NCBI RefSeq assembly: GCF_036588685.1
Contig: NC_086381.1
Location: 54,002,001 to 54,066,000, forward strand
DNA from: Mytilus trossulus
Lineage: Eukaryota
Reading direction: 5' to 3'
Length of the DNA: 64,000 nt
Position 1 is the stretch's first letter. Each line of letters starts with the position of its first letter. Shown in pieces: positions 1 through 12,200 of the stretch. Both the position numbers and the translations under genes were made by a program. The notes below the pieces were generated by a model, which did not search any database, had not been told where the DNA came from, and worked only from the letters and a program-made list of their open reading frames with translations.

Positions 1-322
1 AACTCTTTGAATAACAAGCGCATTTAATAGCTTTTTTTACCCTGATATTTTGTATTGCTTTATTTTTCCTGGATAATTTTCCATTAACTCTTTTAAAAAA
101 TCAAAATAAGATACTCTCACTATTGTTTATAGTTGTCATTAATCTAAGGACCAAACAACATTATACTTATTGAACCAAGACATTGCATATTATAATATCG
201 TCTGTAAGTGTTCTCTCAACTGAAATATTAATTATAAACCAGAAACATATAATCTAGTTTCAGTATGCATGTTAGGAAAGGGATATAATTAAAATACTAC
301 GATGATGTTACAATAACGATAC

Positions 323-487
323 AAAAAGAGGGACGAAAGATACCAAAGGGACAGTCAAACTCGTAAATCTAAACCAAACTGACAACGCCATGGCTAAAAA
401 TGAAAAAGACAAACAGAAAAAAAATAGTACACATGACACAACATAGAAAACTAAAAAATAAACAACACGAACCCCACCAGAAACTAG
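323..487 (-). mobile_element. 3'-terminal fragment of the young Naiad (Penelope-like) family A
   Basis: Near-identical to 53293-53457 (aaaaagagggacgaaagataccaaagggacagtcaaactc...), the 3' end of the full element. Confidence 0.9.
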
Positions 488-794
488 ATACAAGATATAT
501 ATAAATAAAGATACAAGATATATATAAATAAAAGGTAAAAAAGGCCTATAAGTAGAACTTAATCATCTTAGTAAATCTTCGCATCTGTCGAGCATTATAA
601 ATGGATAACAATTGAATATAAATTGTTTCCTATGGAAATATTTTTGTAGCCTTTTTCTAAAAAAAAAGGGGATATTCTTGTTTGGATCTTTTTCAACTGT
701 TATATATAATGTAGAAATATGTAGAGATTTGAAAGCATGATTAGGTACAACTAATGCAACTCAATTATACACTGCTGGTTTAGTATTTCATATA

Positions 795-985
795 AGGGGA
801 TAATTACAATCAAATATTTGATGGTTTTTCAATTTCTATTGTGGCTTATCCGTTCCTTTGGCACCTTCATATGGTGTTTATATATTTCAACTTCATCAAT
901 TCGGTCGTGCATGTAACAATGTATTTGATTTTAAGGTTCATCCATTGAAAAAATATGACCGTTTACACCACAAAATTATAAAATC
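795..985 (+). pseudogene. Degenerate Naiad/PLE RT C-terminal remnant
   Basis: Translates to ..VPLAPSYGVYIFQLHQFGRACNNVFDF.., cf. IPAAPAYGVYISQLIRYSRAC in the 995-aa ORF. Confidence 0.7.
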
Positions 986-1484
986 TACTATGAATACAGA
1001 CAAACTGGTGCATCTAGGAAAGTTTTAATGCATGGCTGTTAGTAGATAGATAAAAGTTATATTATGTCAATACAGAAGATAGCAAAATAAACAAACACAT
1101 GCGTTTCATTTGATACGGTCCACACAATTACACAGTTTAAATCACCTATTGTATGCAGATATCTATTGTCCATCTATTGTCCATTTAAATTAATACTTAT
1201 CACAACATTTATTATATTAGGGGAGCTTTCCAAACCCCTTTCCCAACTTAGTTTATTTTGGCACATCTGCAAGAATGAAAAAAAAAATGAATAGCAAAAT
1301 CCAGAAAAGTTTTGAAAAATAAAATACATTAAACTTTTACTTATCTAGTTCCTGTCATGCCTTAAAAATGTCCAGGTGCACAGGTTTGTCTGTACTCAGA
1401 GTAAACTTTGTGGTGTTCATAAGGCCATATTAGCCAAAAGGTTATGATGAACCTAAACGAGAAAAATAATTCAGTACAACTGAA

Positions 1485-2480
1485 AAACATATTACACCAG
1501 GGTTTTCGATATCACAAACTTGTCAAAAGTTTTACCTAATTTTATCATCGGTACCAGGACATACTTCGTAGATATAAGTCAATGAACAGAAATTTTATGC
1601 GTACAGGTTTATCACATCCCATCTTTTATGGTTATATTTTATCAAAGCACAAAAATGTCGTCATTAACCTGAAAAACTAACCAAACCTTTTAACAAACTT
1701 ATCAATAAGGGATATAGTTACGATAGTTACTCTTGTCAAGTCATTTAAGGTGGTACATAACACTACAGGGAGATACATTTGTAAAAATCAGCATAATGTT
1801 TTAATCACGTTCTATTGTTAAGGGAATATTAAGCTTCTCAAAGACCAAAATTAGTGTTTGTCAAACTGCTATGTATCCAATGATTTTTTTCGATAAAGTG
1901 AGTGGTTCAAGTTTTTTGAAATTTTTGTCAAAGGGTCAAAGTCAATATTTTGTCAAAATTTAATGAAAATTACACGAGCCAAATTAATTTTAGTCAAGCT
2001 GTTTGGTACAACCTTAAGACGTTTTTTTTTTTATTAATTAATATTTATTCACTCGTACACTGGGTCTTTGCATCAGAAATAAACACATTTATTCTTAACG
2101 CAATTGTTGGCATGATACTGATTATGTTCTTTTCTTATACATGTAACTTATAATACTAAATCCCTAATAGGAGAGATTGTGGTTGATTTTCTATACGATG
2201 GAGACATGATTTTGGATCAGTTTTATTGAGGTCTGCAGCTAGCATGTCAGTAACTGCTAGAAGTCCTTTATCATTTTGTTTTGATCATTGTGATTTTACT
2301 TAGTTTCTTCTGTTACCTATTCTCACATCGGCATCGGACTTCTTTTGATCTGATCGTATTGCTGTGTGTTTGTTTTTTCCCACATTGGCTAAAAGTATGA
2401 GATCTCACAGAACATGTTTGACCCATCCGCATGTTTGCGCCTGTCCCATGTCAGGACCCTCTAGCCTTTGTTATCTCTTA
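1485..2480 (+). mobile_element. Naiad family B 3' portion (RT C-terminus plus long 3' UTR with partial twister motif), interrupted by a MITE
   Basis: LHQGFRYHKLVKSFT*FYHRY resembles LNQEFQMVKLKSSLRKFYGRH of the intact ORF; downstream 2150-2460 aligns with the reverse complement of 42770-43085. Confidence 0.75.
1749..2013. mobile_element. Kolobok-like MITE
   Basis: TTAA on both sides (1745-1748, 2014-2017); termini GGTGGTAC...GTACAACC; interrupts the RT remnant. Confidence 0.7.
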
Positions 2481-2787
2481 TTTTTGAGATACTAAGATAA
2501 GACGTGGCACGGTACTTGTTTATCCCAAATTCATGTATTTGGTTTAGATGTTATATGTGTTATTCTCGTGGGATTTTGTCTTAATGCTTGGTCCATTTCT
2601 GTGTGTGTTGCGTTTCGGTGTTGTGTCATTGTTCTCCTCTTATATTTAATGCGTTTCCCTCGGTTTTATTTTATTACCCTGATTTTGTTTTTTGTCCACG
2701 GATTTATGAGTTTGAACAGCGGTATACTACTGTTGCCTTTATTTAGACTTTTTTTTGTGTATATTTTGGGTCATTTGATTGTTATGG

Positions 2788-3313
2788 AGTTTAGTGTGGC
2801 GGCCATTTCGCAAAATTAGTATAAACTATTGTTAATATCTGCCCTGAAATTTTCAGATGAACTGGACAACTGGTTGTTAGGTTGCTGCCCCCCCAAGTGG
2901 TAATTTTTAAAGAAATTTTTTCGTTTTTGGTTATTATCTCGAATACTATTATAGATAGAGATAAACTGTAAACAGCAATAATGTTCAGCAAAGTAAGATA
3001 TACAAATAAGTCAACATGACCAAAATGGTCAGTTGATCCCATAAAGTTATTGCCCTTTATAGTCAATTTTTAACAATTTTCATTAATTTGGTAAATTGAA
3101 ATAAACTTTTACAAAATATTTTCCTCTGTAACTAAAGGGCCAAGTTTATTATAGATAGAGAAAATTTAAGTAGGAAGAATGTTCAGTAAAGTAAAATCTA
3201 CAAACACATCACCATGACCAAAACACAATTTTGTCATGAATCCATTTGTGTCCTTTGTTTAATATGCACATAGACTAAGGTGAGCGACACAGGCTCTTAC
3301 GAGCCTCTAGTTT
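2788..3313. mobile_element. Helentron/HINE-like non-autonomous fragment
   Basis: Internal diverged tandem units (ttatagatagaga...atgttcag..aagtaa.at.taca at ~2949 and ~3149); ends in ggtgagcgacacaggctcttacgagcctctagtt with an aggctc/gagcct hairpin. Confidence 0.55.
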
Positions 3314-3587
3314 ATTCTTTGACTTCAATTTGTATTAAACATTATTGTTTCTAATTCGTCAATTTCTTCGATTTAGCCAAAAGTAACTTACCGTTAAAGT
3401 CTGCACACATCGTTATTCCTATCTCCACGTGTTCTTTGTACTTTTTAATTTCGATTTATTCATAAATACGAGTCACATTGCCCATCGCATCACTTATATA
3501 TATATAATAATAAAGTCAAATTTAATTGTTTCTTCAAAATCTCTTGAAAAAAACTTGACAGTCATGGTTTAAAATCTCCATAACTTC

Positions 3588-4119
3588 ATGCGAATGCCAG
3601 ACGATAAAACATTACAATGTGAGTATTTTAAAATCTTAGCTTAGATTTAAGATTTCTTATTTTTCATTGGTTGGCTATTTTGCGACAAATGTGTTTCTAT
3701 TGGTGGAAGGAAGAAAAGCTACTGGTAGGCGGTCTCTGCCTGTTACATATATATAAACTAACTTCTTTCTGGATAACATGTACATTTATTTGTATTATTG
3801 TGTATTTTTACCTTACCTCTGGCATACATCTTTATCTTAAAATGTCAATACCACTAGATGCTGAGAGTAAGTATTATCTGTACAATTTGCTTATTTCTCG
3901 ACAGTCCTTTTATAAATGTAGTTAGTCAAATAATTGCACATACAATTGTTTTCCCATGATACAAATTAAAAAAATAAATAATAGTAAAACTATTTGATTA
4001 ATATTGAACTGTTTTCTTCTTTTTGTTTATAGATAAAGGAAAATATTTGATTTCTTCTGGTTGCTGTGAACAAGTTCTTTTTTCACTGCTTTTACATTCT
4101 TTACCGGTTTCATGGCAGG
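3588..4119 (+). CDS. Candidate 5' exons (3588-3618, 4033-4119): MRMPDDKTLQYKGKYLISSGCCEQVLFSLLLHSLPVSWQ
   Basis: ATG, donor GTGAGT, polypyrimidine plus AG acceptor, frame kept across the intron, and phase-1 end compatible with exon 9269; TA-rich box at ~3496. Confidence 0.4.
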
Positions 4120-4955
4120 GTAAAAGTAAATATTTTGTGTCTGGATTTATATTGAAAATAGTTTGAACTCGATTGAACTTTTCTTAATCGCATTGTTAAC
4201 AAGATTGAAATGTAAAACCAACTATTACTAATTTTCCGCCAAAATGACCGACTTACAGTTACAAAATGTATGCATAAAAGTGTGTTGTCGGTCTTAGCGA
4301 TGCAATACGTTGTAAAAAGTCCGGACCGTAATCGGTCTTTTTTTTAAGTGTTGAATAAAGTTAACAGCATTTTACTTTATCACAACAATCATTTCTTTCA
4401 AAGCTGTTATCATTTGTAATGTTCATTAAAATAGGATTTGCGCACGTACGCACGAGTTTGGAAGCGACACGTTACTTTTCAATTTCCGGTCAATAATAAA
4501 GAATAAATTTGGCATGTTTAATTCAAGCACAAACAGTGCTTGATTCATGATCTATAACGTGAATTATGTTGATATTCAATTGCATATCTGGTAAATAGCA
4601 ATAACATCTAAAATGTACTACGTTACAATCAAATGACAGTTTTCATATAAAATAAAGTAGTTTATCCTCAATTACTTTCGAATCACATAGGAACTTCTTG
4701 CTCATGCGCATGACGTAACGCACAAATACATCCTATTCTGTCAACGTTTGAGCATATTTCGGAAAAAAGTGTGCACATGCCCTGCTTGTAACCCGTACAT
4801 CTTTTAAACGAAAACCAGTCCCACCCGAGTACAAGATAACTCTGAAGACACTAAGACCGTTTATTGTGACAATTGGAACAGTTGAAAGAGACAAGTGCAG
4901 TGTTCAATAATAAACAAAATCAGTCCGGTACCGATATCAATTTGGGCCAAAAAAT

Positions 4956-6803
4956 GAATCCATTTGCACCACAACTTATTTGCGCCAATAGTACTTCTGC
5001 GCCACTTCATTACATGTAAGTGCCAATAAAACAATCATACAATTGCGCCAATCTTATCAATTTATTTATTTTTACTTGCATATATCTACTAAATTATTTT
5101 AGAAGGTCGCTCAGATAATATATCAGTTTTTACGTCTGCATGTTGTTTTCAAAATCTGTCTTTCTAGTTTCTAGTTATTATTTGCATGTATATGATATAA
5201 TTCCCCACTCGAAATAACTGTAGAATATTCGTCTGTAAATAGCCTATAGCACAACACGACTTCATTTTACATCTCCATATAATTTATTTACGGCATATGA
5301 GATCTTCTACAACGATGATAGGTTTCTTTCAGACTCTATTTTCTTGTACAATATCATGAATATATCAGACATCTTTACATTGGTAAAACTGTTCGATTAC
5401 TAAAAAAATTATTTATTGGTGAGATTTCTAAATTCTGATGAGTGTTCTATTCATTCTGAAGTCGATAGGTTATATATAGTACGTTACATGTATATTATAG
5501 GTAAAAAACATATACATGTAAATGTGTTGCAGGGAGTTTTGTGGGGACAATTTGGTCGGTTATTTAGGGGATCACTGAAGCATGACTGGAGCGGGCCTTC
5601 TCTTTGGCAGGCAGTGGGTTTTGCAAGACAACCGCCGAGTCAAGGTCAATGTTGGTAAACGAAGAAGGAATGAGGGGGACTTCGTCATACGGGAAAGTTA
5701 TGAATACATATTTTTATTTCATGTATAGTAGATGAATACGTCTGATCAATTTCTTGATCTCCGGATATCATATAGATATTTTAACTACACATTTATCATT
5801 TTCACAAATACAAGATATTATAATTGGATTATACTTGACTAGAAATTCATCGAAATGATATAAGAGGGGGAAATTCCTTGAACGATTTTTATATCTTCAT
5901 TTGTACTCATTCAATATATTTTTAAGTGTTGTACCTTTTTCTGCAATATGTACCTGTCGTCAAGCATCATGTGACTTTCATTTATTATTTCTAATTCGCC
6001 CTATAAGAAATAAGGAATAAGGAAGTACTAGTAGAGGACTACATTTTTGAAATATATATAAAACTTGCCATTATTAGCTATAACTAAATCCTCCTCGTTA
6101 TCCGCACTGAAATCGGATATATCTCAATAAAAATTAAATATTAATCCAAAGTTTGAAACAACACAATCACTATATTCGACGTCGCTATCTGTATGCCGGA
6201 AAGAATTTCATATTAGGAATATGCATTTATCGTCTTAATCTATTTTGAGACACCAAATACATACAGGCCCGTAGCCAGAGTGTTCAAGTAGTCTCGTACG
6301 AACGCCCCTCCCCCTTCCCTCTTTGAAAACAAATAAGCACTATTAAACTTGAGATTGTGTACGTCGCGAATCGATGTAGACCACCCCTTTTGAAAATTAC
6401 TGGCATGTGAAGGTATAATTCATGGCAAAATTAAAATGTAGTCCTAGCGAACGCAAAAAGCATGATACACATGCACTGTGTGTTCATGTACATGTAGCTA
6501 TACATGCAGTTTGCCTTCAACTGTATTTATTTTTGTCTTTTGCTTAAGTTGACCAACATGTAGAATAATATTTATTAAGTTTTTCCAAAACAATGTACAC
6601 ACTTGATAAAAATAAATCTTAACAAAAGTTGTTTTTTGTTTGCTTTTATCAATTTATTTGACAAGTTCAACACTGTTTAAGTAAGATATAAGCCTTTAAC
6701 AGTTCATTCTGTAAAATATTGAACAAGTCCAATATTTTACAGACATAATAGAGAGTGGCACAATTGATCCCTTTTCTAAACTGTACTTGGCGCAAATAGA
6801 TTC
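4956..6803. mobile_element. Non-autonomous TIR element, possibly Mutator-like
   Basis: TIR gaatccatttgcacca / tggcgcaaatagattc with subterminal TGCGCCA repeats; - strand fragment PEIKKLIRRIHLL (~5727-5765) is only weakly MULE-transposase-like. Confidence 0.45.
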
Positions 6804-8543
6804 TAGCCCCGTGTACCCCGTATGAGAACGATAACGGATATTTGTAATAGCCGAAGCGGAGATAAGCAGCCGTTCATATCAATGCATATCAATACATAAT
6901 TTGCCATACACTATCGAAACTTTGTCTTTGTGATTTACATAACATTTAAGACTTTTAACTTTTTAAAATGTAAGACAATTTAGGAAAACTATGGTCTTGT
7001 GTATTTATGGTGAGTAATTATTGATTAATAATAAGAAATATCCAATCTTTAAATGCATTTAGACGACTACTTTTCTTGATCTGACGTAATCAATGTATTA
7101 ATTTCATTTCCAAAGCAACTGCACCTAGTATTAAGCAGCCGCCTTATTTATTTCTCTTATTTTAATTTGTTTAAGTTCCGGTTTAATTCCGGAAATTCGG
7201 GAAAAAAATTTCTTCTTCTTTAAAAACAATTTGCGTGTTGTCTGAACTTGCGATCCCAATATTTTTTTAAAGATTGACGCTCTGGGAATGAAGCGCACCT
7301 TAGTTCAGGAGATTAAGAATATCTAATATCAGTAAGATACGGCTTTTTTATTATTAAACTGCACAGATTAAATTATTTCGGATCACACAAACATGTTTTA
7401 AAATTAAAAAAAAAAAGTAGAAAATTATGGACAAACAAAACTTGCTTTCAGACTTGCATTTTGACTATTAGGTCATCATGCAGACAACAATAAATTAAAC
7501 TGATAAATGTCTGCGGGTATGTTGTTTAATGTGATCTCTATCTGTTTACCAAACAGTAAACCATCTGTCAGACTCGTTTGTGTTGGACAAGGTGTATTTA
7601 AATATGTAAAATGTGTATGTTCTGGAAACGAAACTTTGAACAGTATAGGCCTAGACCGTTGTCAGTGTTATTGTGTTACAGTAGAACGCTTCGAAACAAT
7701 ACCACGTCCTGCAATGATGAAATATCCTTTAAAATATTAGTTCCAAATGGAACAAATATTTTATAATAGTATTTCCACTTAAATTAATGTTAAAGTATTT
7801 GTTTTTAACAGAAAATAGGATATTATAGAACATTTGTTTCAACACGATGTGCATTGTAACTGTAAATATGCCTTTCGATCATAACCACTGTTATATGGGA
7901 CCGTCTGTTTATATAGACAGTTCAAACAGGTTTATAATTCTAGATCAGTAAATATATACATTGATAATCATATTTATATGGTTTAGTTATTTAATTAGAA
8001 ATTTAACAACACCCTAGCAATAGTTTTTGTGATTTTATTATATGTCTTACAATTGCAGGGATTTTTATTAAAGTACGAATTTAAAAACTGCTAGTGATAT
8101 AATATATTTTTTTTAATATTGAAGGGATTCATATTAAAAAATCCCATATTGTACAATTTCACTGTAAATATATACGCCAAGGAGTGTACTAAAACTGTTT
8201 GTAAAGTTTTATAAAAATGTATGCAATACTTCGGTATATAAACTAACATCATAAGGCGTGCAGGTCTCCTAATGATTATGTGAAATTTAATGTGAAGTAC
8301 TTTTCATCATATCATATTGTGCTGCGTAAACTAGTATAACATTCATCTTTCCTTTGCCTTACGGAATGAAGTTCTTCTCTCTCATTTAGTCAGGAATGAA
8401 AGGTGATATCTAAAAAAAGAATGTTCTGTTCTTAAAAGGCGTATCGTGACTGGACAGTATTTTCTTTTGGTTTTGATTGATCGGTTATTGTTTGATAAAA
8501 TGTTATAACAAAATTCAGTCTCACCAAACTATCCTAGCTTGGA

Positions 8544-8648
8544 ATGTTAACAAGTAAGAATATGAATACTTTTACTCCCGTTTTACAGGTATATTTTCAT
8601 ATTTCTGCTTTGTCACTTTGCTGATGAAACTTAAGGATGTCGATGTTG
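8544..8648 (+). CDS. Alternative candidate 5' exons (8544-8553, 8589-8648) encoding signal-like MLTSIFSYFCFVTLLMKLKDVDV
   Basis: ATG TTA ACA A|GTAAGA and ttttacag acceptor; hydrophobic stretch; but the implied intron is only 35 nt and the second donor (GTGCCT) is weak. Confidence 0.25.
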
Positions 8649-9268
8649 GTGCCTTTGCACAACTTGCATTGTTTTTTCCGCATGTTCTGTAACCCAAAAT
8701 TTCCGAGGATCCTGTTTTATACCTTAAATATAATAAACATATAATATCTGTAACAATCTTTGTGAGTCTGTGATAACCTAAAGCGGGAGATGATGGAAAT
8801 ATTTCCTTTACGTAAGAATGTTTTCAATTAAACACAATTGCTTGCGGACAACGGATGGAAGATTTCTGGATCTGAAAAATATTTTATTGACTGTCCGAAG
8901 GCACTGGTGTCTCGTTAATAGTGATTCCTTTTTAATTGGAAGGAGAAACGATAGAAAGTCAATACGAATATATAATTAAAAAAAATATGGAATGTGTAGA
9001 TTCGAAAACAAAACACATATTAAGCGGAGTGTTTATAAAATAGAAAAGGTTCGTTTTCAATGAAGTCTACATGTGTGATTTTCATACAATTGTATTATCA
9101 TTGTCTTTATTGATACATGTAACATATGCCAACTTTTATGACTCGTATGATTTCAATAGATTAACATATGCCTCTGTCCATATGTACCCTGTTATAATCT
9201 AGAGATCATGATATTTGCTGGAGGGTTTTAATATGATAATTTACTTTTACAATGTGTTTTTGTTTCAG

Positions 9269-12200
9269 CAACGGAATCATCTAAGGGTACGACTAAAACT
9301 ATAACAATATTTATTGGAGAAGATGGATGGAAAGGGGAAAATCCACGTATGCTCATTGATGATAAAGGGTAAACATTATCAATATATCTACGTATCAGAA
9401 TCATACTATCCGATTGTCTTTGATAACACAAAATTTGTTATTTACTTTTATTATATTCATGCAGAACTAGTCCTTCACACGAAAAACATTTAATAGATTA
9501 ATTTGTTTTTATTTTATTTTAAACATGTCAACATGAACAGAAAATTGATACTCCCCAAAGATGACACGCTCCCTTTGTTATATTCTTGCAGAACAATCCC
9601 TATAAATGTTTAGACAGAATATAAAGGTTTTATTTTTTAAAATATGCTACGCAAATTTGTGGTTTTGGTTTATGCGTATCACTCTTTCTACTCAATGCTT
9701 AGAATTAAACGTCCAAATTCCCAAAGGACGTGGCTGCGCACTTGTACATCCTGCACAACCAAACGAACGCCCCACTTCGGCAAGGGTTTTACTGCCGGTC
9801 GGAAGAAGACCTGAAGTGAGCATATTTCTATTTTCCAGTCTTATTTTTTTTTGGGGGGGAGGGGCGAATGAATCAAACTAATCATCTTAAAAAGATGGAA
9901 GTCTACTGGCTCTGGGAAAATGACAAAACTTGTTGTCTTGCATGAATTATTTTCATTAAAATAGGACAGATACATGTAAGTGTGTACTATGTAAGGGTTT
10001 TCTGTTAGCCTCCTGTAAGATAAAGCTAAACAGTGCCGACAAATCTATTGCTTGCATGAATTATATCTTAAAAAGCCTCTATAAAAAATGTGTGTGATCA
10101 TCATAATTCTCAAACATTTGAAATTTTCAATTCACACTTTGTTATTGGCTTTTTGGATCCACATGTCGCTATACACTAGGAGTTCACTTCCTGAAGTCCA
10201 TCAACGTTGCGATTAATGCAACGGAATGCTTAATAACTGTGTTTTAATTAGATATTATAAAAATCTGAATCCCACAAGTAAAGAGAAACCTTCAATTGAG
10301 AGTTTTCATTCGGAAGATATCATGCTTTGACAAAACATAAATATGCCAAGATGATTCATGCATAATTTGGAACAATTTCATTTTATTTTGTTTCATTTTA
10401 TACATTTTTCTAAGTTCTAATGAATTCATTTTTGAAACCTCTTAAGCATGTGTATTACGCATGAATAGATCACACTAAAATTTACGCAGTCAGATTTACA
10501 TAGGTATCGTTACGATTGGATTTACCGGGGAGGGTGGAAGGGAGTGGCACATTCAATTATTAGATTGATGTGTGACAAGTAATGACAGAAAAGAGAACGT
10601 ATTCGTTTTTATTGGTGAAACTGATTTTTCAGAAATATCAAAAATTTCACAACAGAGATGTTAACACATTTAAATAGGTGACTGTAAACCATTCAGAACC
10701 ATTGCATGGTGCTTGACTGTACAAGAGCACCACTCTAATTCTAACGTTCTTATTGGAAACACAGGTCCCTCAATATCGTAGCAACAGGGAAATATGCACA
10801 ACGTTTGCACATTCCATATAAAGATGCTGGTAGAATTTTCTAACGTAAAATAAAACGTTTAGACGGGAAAATCGGACGAATATTTTTGGTTGAACAGATA
10901 TATGCGTTACACAAAACATGTACATATTTGAATTTAAATAAGTTAAGGTTGATCCTCATTGTGAACATATTTACATAGTAGTGACTCTCAAAAGTAAAAC
11001 AATATAACTACTATTCCAATTATCGTTACAGACTACACATGGACATTTGTAAAGGAGCCGATGGAAATGAGTATAAATATGATAAGGCAGAATATACAAA
11101 TGGAAAATTCACAATGACGGTATGTGACATGGGAATCATTTTAAATTTATAAGTTGGAAATTAGTTTAAAATTAAAATGTCAATTGTTCGGGAACATTGA
11201 GAGGTCTTTCCTTTTCATATTGTAGAATATATGTTTAAATAGATGTAGAATGCATTGAAAAGCTTTAAAACACACATAAAACCTTTAAAACTGAGACAAA
11301 AACATAACAAGGGGTAAGGTCATAAGTCAATGTCAACTTGAAAATTTTATCTCGAGGCTTTTGCAAGGTCAAATGAATTGATGATCTTCGGTGAAGATCC
11401 TTGGGTGGCTACGATTTACGGTTTTGTGAGATTAAGTGGCCAACTGACATCGGTTAATTTTCAAAGGGGCATAACCCTACCAATGAGACTTGATTTTTTT
11501 CGGCCCAAATGTAACGAAGAACTAAGTTATAGTCCTGAACAATTTCCACCCTTCGGTTTTTTTCTAGCTTTTACGGTTACGGTGTTTTTCCCATAACAAG
11601 GTTTATTGGTTTTGGGCAGATATATCCGGACCTACGAATTTTTACGACTCATAGGATGAGTTCTGGATTAGTATTTGTGACACCGATACAAAATGTGAAC
11701 ATGAAAGCGACATGTCTTACGGTTACAAAGGGAAATTTTGCCAAAGTTTGGCGGAAAAATATAATAACAATTTAAAACCAATTGTTCAGAGAAGAATTGA
11801 TGGTCCTTCTACCTCAACTTTCGATTAAAATAAGTTGTGAGAAGATGTCATTTCAGGTTCATATGATTGGTGACTTCAAAATATAAGGTTTCTGGGTACT
11901 TTATCATTATACTAGTGTTCAAATGGCTACTTCCGGTTCAAAGAATTTCAATTCCGTTTGACCTTTTGAAGGTCATATGTCTACCAAACTAATGCAAAAG
12001 AACTAATGGTTTTATTATGAACCAGTATTAATTTTTAGCAAAGGTCATAATCTAGAACGTTAAATTGGCCTTTGACCTTGACGTCAATTTAAATGCCATC
12101 GGTCAGTGATCTCAAACCGAAAGATCCCATGTCATTCACTTGTATAAGGATGACCGAAACACTTCGACTTAAACTAGAATGTTAAATTGACCTTGAGCTC

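Noticed and set aside
7507-7740. Cys-containing 77-aa ORF
   Set aside because: No recognisable domain; the apparent acceptor at 7556 gives a stop in the phase needed to join the neighbouring exons
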